Part shown: piece after piece, positions 1 through 11,000 of the stretch | Position numbering within the stretch: position 1 is the first letter of the stretch | How the letters are laid out: every line of letters begins with the position of its first letter | NCBI RefSeq assembly: GCF_964355755.1 | Contig: NC_092676.1 | Location: 15,456,871-15,520,870, forward strand | DNA length: 64,000 nucleotides | Reading direction: 5' to 3' | Source of the DNA: Antedon mediterranea | Taxonomy: Eukaryota > Animalia > Echinodermata | Program-made: the position numbers and the translations under genes | Notes under the pieces: model-generated | Seen by the model: the letters and a program-made list of their open reading frames with translations, nothing else | Told to the model about the DNA's origin: nothing | Database searches by the model: none

Positions 1-1272
1 CAGTAACATACAAAAATCGTAACCTAGGCCCGGGCCTACTTACTATAGTAGGCGGCTAACTCTAACAATAACATACAAACAACATTGTTTTCTCGTTGCT
101 GCGATCCAAACAAACTGTATAGTATATTTTACGACATTATATTAGGAATAAAACGCAGCGGCGGTGATGACAGACGAAAGAAAAAGGAAGTTTAAGCCTC
201 GGCCACTTTTGGGTCGAAACGTCCCGGACTTAGTCAATTATGCCATAAAGGGCGAAATGCCGGTGTGAGAGTGTGCTAGTATAAATAGTGGTAGCCTTGA
301 TAGCTAGGGCCTATTTGTTCGGTTTATCTGTATAAGAAACAACGAGCGGTAAAGGCAAACATAAATACAAATAAAAATAGTAAAAAGTAATTAAATAAGT
401 CTTACGTTATTCTAGGGGCCTACTGCTTGTTTTGTTGTTGTGGAATTGGAAAACAAACACGTGCTCTTTCTGACATCATCCCATGCACTCAATTTAGTTT
501 AAATGGGATTTTCCAAGGAAAGGGGGGTTTCCACTTTTGGGATGGAATGTTGTAAAATTCTTATTTTATTATATCTTCAATCAAATAAAATATCTGGTGA
601 ATAATAATTGAATCAATTATATTATTACGTTAATAATACAGTATTTATAACAAAAAAATGCAATATAAGTGTATTGTATTTTAAATAAATCCGAAAAAAA
701 TGGTTAGCCCACCTTTTTAAAATGTCGATCAGTCCATCCCACACACCACCTTCTTGTGGTGGTGGTGTGTTGATGCCGCGGCTCCGTTGTATTCATACTA
801 ACTACTTTGCCTTTGTCGAGCTTCCTAAGATTTTCCTGTAAGAAGAGCTTTTCATTCTATTTATTTGATTGTTATATAAATGTGCCGAATGTAGGAGGTT
901 TTTATTGATTTATTAGCAATAGCAGACAATTTTGAATTTGGTTTATTTATTATCTCTCTCTTTTGACATAAAACTCACTACACACGAGGCTTTTTTGGCC
1001 TAGCCTACTAGCTAGGCCTAGCTTAGCTAGGCCTAGTAATGTACTACTCTAGTAGGCCTAGCTAGCCCCAGACTAAATTAGCTACCTATGGTAGCCCCAA
1101 TTCCAGCATGCAACCAAGCAACCAACGGCGCTAATGCAGTTTCGTCCCTATAGTATAGTTATAGAGTATAAAGTTACAGAACCTCTGTAGGCTAGCCTAG
1201 GTCTACTAGGCTATAGGTTATAATAATAAGGCCTAATACTACTAGCCTAGGCCTAGTAGTAGTAGTACTAAG

Positions 1273-1313
1273 CATGGAGTAAAGAATAATATAATAATAT
1301 TCTTTACTCCATG
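1273..1313. mobile_element. 41-bp P-element-like mini-MITE with 7-bp TSD
   Basis: 16-bp perfect TIR CATGGAGTAAAGAATA; TACTAAG on both sides. Confidence 0.7.
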
Positions 1314-1850
1314 TACTAAGCCTATTAAGACAGATTTGATTGCGGTCACTTTTTTATGGGGCGCAATATACATTTTCGGCATTATTTTTTCAAATAATAT
1401 AGATTTAAAATTTATATTAATTATTATAATAATAGGAGCTAGATAGATTATTTTACCGTGCGTCTGGATACATTTTATTTGGTTACGTCATTGGAATATT
1501 TATTAAGCCTATTATTATAAATAAATTGTTTTATTTTTAAATTTTACAGGTGTGTCGGAGAAGAATATGCATGCAAATTTGTAAACATTGTTTACTGATT
1601 TAATATAAATATTAATTTTGTTAACATAGTTTAATGTTATTGTTATTCACAATGGTCTTCCCTTCCTTTGGACCTTATGTTTATGTTATAATTAATATAG
1701 TAGGGTAATGATTTATGGTTTATACTGGTTTTACACCTTACAACAAGGACTATAAATAGTTAATTTACACAACAGTAATAATGGGAATCCTGTTTGTATA
1801 TCATCAGTAGATAAAAAGGTGTTTCTTATTTTTAGTTTGAAAAAAAAACA

Positions 1851-2091
1851 ATGACGGTTGAAAAGAATGAAGCTGAAATAAATTTCGTCACTGAGAATGG
1901 TGAAGACATTACTCCAAAAAAAGATGGAGGTGTCCTTAAAAAGATCATTAAAGAAGGTGACACAACAGAAAGTGATCAGCCACGGCTAGGTGACGAAGTA
2001 TCTGTACATTATGTTGGAACATTGTTGAGTGGAGAACAATTTGATTCCAGTCGAGATAGAGGCTCACTCTTTCAATTCAAATTGGGCAAAG
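1851..2091 (+). CDS. FKBP4: FKBP4-like coding exon 1
   Basis: MTVEKN...FKLGK G|GTGAG. An acceptor (ttttag) just upstream of the ATG suggests an earlier non-coding exon. Confidence 0.92.
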
Positions 2092-5000
2092 GTGAGAGAG
2101 AATTATTCACAGTTCCCAGTCTGTTTTTGGAATGGGTGAAAGGGTTCTATAGAACTTAAGAGTCTCTACTTGAGTACCAGGCCTTGTCTTTTAACCCATT
2201 GACCCCTAAGTTTATTTTGCTCCCCTGGGACCCAAAAAGCATATGTCATATAATTAACCCTAACTTTTTTTCTAAACACAGACATTAAAAAAATTAAAAA
2301 ACAAAAATAATGCAAAGGACATTTTATTTTCCAATATGTTATCAAATTTGTGTTACAACTTATTTTGGCGGAGTATGGATTATGCAAATTTTAGAAATAT
2401 TTTAGGAAAATTATTAAAAATTTGTAATTTATCTTTGACTACCAAATGCACAAAAATTAATACAAATTTCATAATAAAACTCATCTCTTCATCAGAACCT
2501 ATTTCTTCTCTTCAAAATAAGACCAAACTTGACCATTATGAATGACCGGTTTCGAAATTATGAAGAAATTAGTAGACTGACTCATCTGACGATGACCATA
2601 TGGGGCCTAGGCCTATCGGGAGCCGCCCCGAGAGCGTCGTCGCCGCTGTTTGTTCACCGGGAATGTTAAAAAAACATCCCGAAAGCGACTTGGAATTCGC
2701 GATTCTCACGCGCACCGGCATCCCTCGGGAGCTTAGTCCGCTGTTTTAGACGTGTAGCTTGCAGAAAATTTGACGAAAATGTGTCGAAAACTTATGAAAT
2801 TAAAACAAGTTTGGTATCAAAATGTTTGTCAAAAGTTATGCTTCAATAAACTAACCTTTGCGCAGAGTTTGAACAAATATGTCATGCCCATAATGCATCT
2901 GACAAGTGACATGTCAGGGTTCATATTACAATCAAAGGTAAACAATATGGCGCGGCCCTCGTGAGGACATCTTCACGACTTTTCTCCGGTAGAAAAATCA
3001 CATTTTTACATGGAAATATGACGATTTAGACACTGTAACTGATACATAATCTTTATTTATTATACATTTATTGTATACAAGCTTCAAAATAGTGATTATT
3101 AGAAATAAAGATGGATTTTAGACGATTTTACGTTGTATGTTTAGGCCTAGATTCATTCAACGCGCCTGTCGCGTTTCGAACAGCGTGCTTCGAAAAACGG
3201 TTATATTTTCGAATTTTATTTTCAAACTAACTTCAACAATTGTTTTTATATATTTAGAAGCACATTTTTTTAAAAAAAGTTGTGAGTATTTTGTATAATT
3301 TGTTGTTACGATTCATGCACAGCAAACTGCGCATGTAAATTCGAAATACTTTTTTTTTGTTGATAATTTGTTTACAATGACCTTGACTTTTAACCTCTTG
3401 AGCGCTTTAAGCGCTTATCGTGGTGAATCGGTTAAGGCGAGCGACTGCGATCACTTACCTAACACACTCCTACTGCCCCTGAAGAGTGCGATTTACAACC
3501 AAAATACAAACAGCACACCTACAGCACCCTGAATGTATTGAGGAGTGCAATTTTTAGCACACCTATAATTTTCAAGGCCTGGAGTACAGTATACACTTTC
3601 ATAAAGCATAGTGTATACAGGTATGCGCCTTGAGATACTCTTCCATAAAAGCGTATCTCAATTTAACTTAAGTATACACATTCATAAAGTGTACTGAATA
3701 CTTTACCTGAGTATTACTCTTTCAAGGCGAATACTTAACTTGAGTATACATCCATAAAGCCTACTGTGTACTCTACTCAAATTCATAAAGCTTACACTCT
3801 TTCATAAAGCGTATACAACTTGAGTACACTTTCATGAAGTGTATATAATACTCGAGTTGAGTTAACCTTTTCTACTACTTACAGGATATATTTTATTTGT
3901 TTCATTTTTAGGGCAGGTAATTAAGGCATGGGATTTAGGAGTTGCAACAATGAGAAGAGGAGAAATAAGTGTGTTTACATGTAAACCAGAATATGCATAT
4001 GGATCAAGAGGTATCATTAATTTTATAATAATTATTTCATGTGCGACGAATTTTTTTTAAATAAAAAAATCATCAATCTAAAGTATAGATACTAATATTT
4101 ATGAATCAAGTAAAAAAAAATTGGGGAAACTATTTTGCGATCCACGCCAGGGCCTCAAAGTTGTAAGAAATTCAAAGATTTTATCTGTCGGCAAGATCAA
4201 TCAGATGTACCTATTGTTCTCTATTTACGGATTTAAGGCAAACTTTACTACGAGGAACAAACTGTATAGGTAAACTGAAAGGTCCTGAATAATTTGGAAT
4301 TACGTTTTAATATAAACACAAACTAAAAATAAATTTCTAGTCAATTTTAACGACTAGCGCATGATGAAATTAAGCAATTACTATCTGAGCTAAACATTAT
4401 AGCTTAGCTTCATCAAGCCTGTTATGATTTTTCACAAGGTGAATTTATTCGCGCGAATTGAACATGTTTGCGCATGCGCAGTTCATTTTTTTTAACAAAG
4501 TTTTCCATTGGGCGTGCGCAGGGCTCGATTTATCTTTTTCATGTTGCTAGCCCACTGGGCTAGTTCACTGTAGATTTCACTAGCCCATACATTATTTTAC
4601 TAGCCCACTCTTATTATCGCACCGTGATAGCTGCAGCAGGGCCGCCATATAAATGAATTCAGGCATTTTGTTCAATAGAGGGCGCACTAATCTAAACGTT
4701 TGAGAATTGCTACACATTTACATACATACTGTATTAAACTATTATTGCATGAAAAATTACACAAAATTGTATTTCTTTATTGTTCACATCCCGGTTCACA
4801 TTATAAAAATTAACTTTGCGTCGCGACGCATAGTCTATTTCATGCTCACCATATTCAAAGAATCGATTTATTGAGGTCTTTTGTTGTTGGGCTTCAACCT
4901 AGCCAAGAAAACTAATTAGATTCTGTCTACCTTAGGCTAGGCCTAGCCTAGAGCCTATTATTATAGTAGGGTAGCTAGGATAGACCTGGCCTAGGGCCTA

Positions 5001-8000
5001 GGCCTAGATCGCATTGGAGCACCTGGCCTACTGTTACCAAAATGGTAGTATCTAGCTAGGCCTAGCTGCTGAGCAGCCATTACGATGCCAAACGATGGCT
5101 TTTGATTCTATCTAGGCCTCCTACGCATATTATAAAATATGGCCTCCATGGCCTACCTACAGGGATAGAGCCAGCCACCCGGCCCTACAAAATATCCCTA
5201 GCTTTGATCTGTGACAACCAGGCCTGACAAGACTAGTATTTTTAACATTGACAAAATTCTACTACATTTGGCCAATCACAGTTCGTTATTTATGGTCATA
5301 TTTTTGTGACATGTTTGACCTGATAATTAAAGCCCCATTCCCTACGTTTTTTAGATCTAATTTAAGATCACAAACTATATTTAATGTAAAAATAATACTA
5401 TGGTCCTATTGCGATAACTTTTTTCGTCTTTAAACGGTTAAAAATGTGAAAAATAAGTCGATTCTAATAATTATAGCGGCCCGCTATAAATCCCAAAATG
5501 CATTGCGCGCGGATTGATATTTTTGTTTTTCACCTGTAATTTGCCCACTTTTCGATCGATCGTGAGGCCAAAACAAATGGAAGACTCCTTTTCAGCGAAA
5601 ATACCGGGTTTTCCCCAATTTGTATCAACGGAGTCTGGCAAAAATAGAAAGACAATTAATGCAGCAACTATACAACGTCAGGCTAGGTATATAGCTCGCG
5701 TACGATGTTCGTACGTTACCGATGTTTACCAGCTAGGCCTACAAAACTAAGCCTACAAAACTAAGCCTAGCTAGGCTAGGCCTAAGACCGTCCACGAGAG
5801 GTCGATCGCCGCGAGCTACTTAGGTAGTGCATTGTTTCTCACTTTTTATCATAATTTACCATAAAACGTACATTTAAGACAAGAAATGACATGGTTTAAT
5901 GTTTTTAAAGTGATATACTGTATATGTATAATTTTCCAAAAAACGTCCAAAATTGCAGGGAAGGGGTCTTTAAGCTCCGCCTACTTCACAATAACCTGGG
6001 TGACAAAAACATAAATGGCCAATCATAATTCGGGAAATTTGCTTGATTATGAGAGGCTCCGCCTACATCATCACTTGTTATGGCCACAGCAGCGCGCGAG
6101 TGGTTTTTTTTGCTGATGTTTCCAAGACATATGTCTTTTATGCTGGAGTTATTTTTATGAGGTCATTTCGTCCCAATTTCGAGTTCCCACAACCTACTAG
6201 CCATCCGGGCTTAAAGGAAGATACTTTAGGTAGCCCGGAGCTGTTTTTACTAGCCATTGTACGCCGGGCTAGCACTAAATCGAGCCCTGGTGCGTATACG
6301 CGAAAATAATTTCGCCTAGTGGAAAACAGGCTTTACAACATAATGTTCTTATCTTCTCATATAGGGAGTTTTCGCACGGGCACGTAAATGTTAACCTTAA
6401 CGCTATTTTCCAAGCTCCGCCCACTTTGTAAAGAACTTGATCTGTGCGTGTGCAAGCATTACGAAAAACTTTAGTTACGTGCGTTGAGAACCTTATTTCT
6501 GAAAAATAGCGTCAATGAAAAACGTTAACCGAAACATGATTAAACATGCCTAGGCTTAGTCTCTAAACCCAAGGTATTCCATGATTTGTTTTAATAAGAG
6601 TGGCGTATATTGTGTGCGCTACACTTCCCGTCGAAGCGTGAAATCAAAACGAGCAAGTACGTTAACGCAACTGTTCGCTGAACTCCGTTGTTATGCAAAT
6701 GAGTAGAATGTTGACGTCATCCGTTAACGTTTACGTTCTCGTGCGAAATGTCCTAATAATTCGTAGCCTAAACAATACATTATTGTTTTACCATTGTTAT
6801 TGTTATTTTAAAGAATTCTCACAGACACAGTTTTACCTTCGTTGCTACCTTAATCAATCGAGCAACTGCACGTGGAAACCAGCTTTCCCTGCCTATTGTG
6901 TCCAGTACGGTTTGCGACAAAAGTTGAATTTCTCTTTCTTTTTCCGTTTTTGAATCGTCTCCATTTTCTTCGATTTCGTCACCATCTTCATTACTATCGT
7001 AATCATCATCTTCGTCATCGTCATCATGAACGGCTGCATCTGTCCTTTTTTTAGCCAAGCGTGAGAAAAAACTTGCAATCTGCTGTGCTGTTAAAAATTC
7101 ACTCTTGCTAAATAATGTGTCTGGCCGATCTCATCTCTCATGGATCAGCTTTCTGTCCTGTCTGAAGTGTTTTTCTAGGGAAGAGTACCTCTGATACGAC
7201 CTAATGCAACCTTGTTCACGACAAAAGAACAGTTTGCTGGGGTGCCAGGACTTTCTTCACTTTCTATTTGGTTGTCGTAATGTATATCGGCTTGTTCTTC
7301 ATGAGATTTCTTGGCTTGTATTCTTGCTTTTACTGTAATAAATGATACTTGATTTTGATCAGACGTTATATCCTTGTTATTAATTAAATTGGGTAGTTTC
7401 GAGGGAACACAGAATTTACTCAAAAGTAGATTTTGTCCTGCACCAATACCATATGCCATCCACACCTTCATGGACCTGCTTCCATACTCTATGTTGTTGA
7501 TGTGACTCACGCCTTTCCATTTCCCTGCTGCACAAATAGTACCAGTAGGCAAAGCACAAACTATGACTTTCACTCCAGGAATGCCTCCAACAACTCAATT
7601 GCTGCCTTCATCATTCTGCTCTGGATTTTCAATATCTTTTCCTGAATTAAGATATTTATTCATGTGATTTTTTATACTGGCTGCCTTGCGGTCACATGCA
7701 CCCTTCCCCCCTTGAAGGTCCGAAAAATCAATACTTCGGATTGTGATCTTAGTTTCTTTCGCTATCTTTGGTAACGAGAGTAATGTTAGGGCAGAGTGGT
7801 AGCATCCTGCATTATCTAGGGTGCAATAGATGGAAGCTGCCTCAACGCATCGTCAATGATTGCCACAACAGTAGTACTATCTTGACTGCAAGATTGAAAT
7901 ATATGCACAAACGTAAGCATCTGTACCTCTCTATCTTTATTCTTTTTCGTCAAGACTGTTATGTGCCACGGAAGTCCACGCTTTCCAAACCAGTCTCTTT

Positions 8001-11000
8001 AGCTTTCGCGGTATTTACGTGGTACAAACTTCATCGCCCAGTCTAAAACAATTAGGGCACAACCAGGATTCAAATCTCCTAAAATATCATGTTGTGCAGC
8101 GTCTTGGTTAATGGATCTTAAATATGACTGCTCGACTAAGAATTAGGTCTACCTCACTATCGATGCCCGTAAACCTAAACATGGATCTGTGTGCAGCGAT
8201 TTCCTTCTGGCATGCTTGTAAAGGTAGAACTTCAGTGCTCTGTTTGCGGTCTTTTCTATCGATTCCACAAGCTCCACCAACAACCGATTTAAAAGAACAT
8301 GAAATCTCCATGTTGTTTGAACTTAAAGCCATCAGACAATAATTATATATAAGAATTATTTTCAACACGTCTTTACATTGTAAGACATAAACTAAAATGG
8401 ATAACAAATCAGTTCAGTTGTCAACGTCAATGAAGATATCATTGTCTATGGAATATACGCAGTAAAGTGTTTTGTCTACTGTGGTTAATGTTTTGAAACA
8501 TTCTCGTTGAGTAAGTACGACCAGGTTCGACAAACGGGAAAACGATAACAAGTTAAAACAAATGTGTTTTTAAGTTTTATGCTATAAACTACGAGAGGAT
8601 GGAATAATTTATAATAATATGGTTTGACAAAGCATAAGCGAGTGATTTTTAGTTAATTGCTTAATTTCGTATATTGGTTAGTAATTGAAATTTTACAAGA
8701 AACGTATTTTAGTTTGTGTTTAAATTGCAACTTAATTCAAAATTATTCCAGGAACTTTCAGTTTATCTTTCAAGTTTGTTTCTCGTAATAAAAGTTTGGC
8801 TCAAAGCGACTTAGATTCCTAAATAGAGAACAATAGGTAGATTTAATTGATCTTGCCAACAGATAACATTCTTTACAACTTCGTGGCTCTGGCGCGGAGC
8901 GCATAATGGTTTCCCCAATTTTGTTTTACTTGATTCATAAATATTAGTATCTATACTTCAAATTGATGATTTTTTTATTTAAAAAAATTTCGTCGCACAT
9001 GAAAAAAAACTCATTTGTTTTTGCCCTACTTTTTAAGAGTTTTATATATGCTAATGCTAATTAGTAATTAATTAGTAAAAATCTTAGAATTTCATCAAAT
9101 TTTTTGAAACTTTATTAAATTATTGTCAAGATGCTAGTTAATGTAAGTCTAAAATATTAAAACGCTAGGTTGCTACGTTTGGCTTCCAGAGGCTGTTAAA
9201 CTTAATGTAAATTATACACCAAAAATTAACAAAATTGGCCGAAAATCGTTATTTTTCGATTTTCTCGAAAACTAAGCGATATTTTACCAAACAAACTACA
9301 CATCAGGTTTACTTACATCAAGGTCTACCAATGTGGAAAATATGAGCCAATTCGAAATTTTGACCCTTGCCACTTAATGATGATTTTTAGTGACTGGCTC
9401 TCTTAAATTACAAGTAATTTAACTCTTCCGTGATAAGAATACTTTTTTTTGATGACCCAATATATATTTGATTAAGCTGCGTTGAGTAATCAGTTTAAAA
9501 AAAGATTTTTTCAAATATATATTTGATCATCAAAAAAAATCTTTTATCAATGGATGATACATTATATTGTTTTGAAATACAAAACAGTGTATTGTCCTTC
9601 GTGGAAACAGTGTATTGTCCTTCGTTGAGTGCAGACGTGTTTGAGCGGAGCTCTCACACGTATACGTTTTTAGATACAGTACTCGCTTACCTGTGATAGC
9701 ATGTTGCAAGGATAAGCTACTAACTGCATGAGACCTGTATACCTACCTGGATAGTGAACGTATCGGTTGCATTAAATATAGGTACACTTTTGTTATTTAT
9801 TCTAACTAAACATCTACAATGGCCAACGTGGAAAACAATGAGCCAAATATTTCTAATTTAAATATTAGCGCCGCTGAACCGAACACCTGGCTGTCGACTC
9901 TCATCAAGTCAATCATGGGCTGCAAATCCATTGCTGATATTAAATCAACATTATGCGACGCAGTCACCAAGATTGTCTCCTTGGAAAAAGACATTACCAT
10001 CCTCAATCTTGAAATCACCGGTTTACAAAAAGAACTGAGGAATTTGCACGCCGATATGCAGGAAAATTCTGATTGAATCATGGATGTTAAGCTGAAGGAT
10101 ATTGCCGAGGATACGCAGCATCTTAATATTAGAAGTATTACGCATAAAGTTAATGATCTCGAATGTCTTTTGAATTCAATTAATAACAAATTTTCCCTAA
10201 TCGGTATCAGTGAAACATGGCTTAATGAAAACTCCCCTATTCCTTTCATTAATAACTACTCCTTCTTTGCAAGCAATAGAAGCAATAATCAAATTGGCGG
10301 AGGAGTTGCATTTTTTATACGTAATGATATTAGCATTACAATTCGAAATGACTTAAAATTACCAGACGACCTGTCCGAATCACTTTTTGTTGAGATTGAA
10401 AATTCAAAGACAAAAAATGATATTATAGGCATTATTTACAGAGCCCCCTGTGGAGGGCTAGATTCTTTTACTAAATCCGTCGATAATGTATTAACCCAAA
10501 TTAACAATGAAAACAAAAATTTTCATCTCATGGGAGACTTCAATATTGATTTATTAAAATAAATATACTTCTTGACGGAATTCAAATTGAACGCAAAACT
10601 GAAACACTTTTTTTAGGTGTATATATTCATGAAAACCTCAAATGGACCAGTCATCAAAATTACGTTTTGAAAAAAATATCAAGATCTATTAGTATTATTA
10701 ACAGACTTAAGCACTTCTTCCCTCTAAATATTTTAATTTCTCTTTATAACACACTTGTACTTCCTTATTTCCAGTATTGTAACATTATTTGGGCTGCAGA
10801 TTACTCTTCTAATATTGCTAGATTAACTAAATTACAAAAACGTGCAGCTAGAATTATTACTTTTTCACCATATAGAACCTCATCTGAACCCCTTTTTAAA
10901 CGTCTTGGTATATTAAAATTAACGGATATCCACAATGTTCAAGTTGCCAGTTTTATGTTTAATTATTTTAAAAACCAACTTCCTATTTCTATGATTGATA

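Larger units (their letters stand above)
4035..9402 (-). mobile_element. Decayed Sola3-like DNA transposon in FKBP4 intron 2
   Basis: About 350-bp imperfect inverted repeat, 4035-4380 vs 8654-9004. The right end continues to ...GACTGGCTCTC|TTAA (9402), matching the Sola3-type CTC terminus + TTAA. The outer left TIR is missing. Transposase remnants lie inside. Confidence 0.75.

Noticed and set aside
738-845. Possible FKBP4 non-coding first exon or heat-shock promoter
   Set aside because: A donor-like GTAAGA (~838) exists, but there is no convincing three-unit HSE or other support without transcript data.
2157-3400. Possible TTAA-flanked DNA transposon in FKBP4 intron 1 (starts TTAA|GAG, CpG-rich interior)
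   Set aside because: A matching inverted terminus could not be found, so boundaries and family are unsupported.
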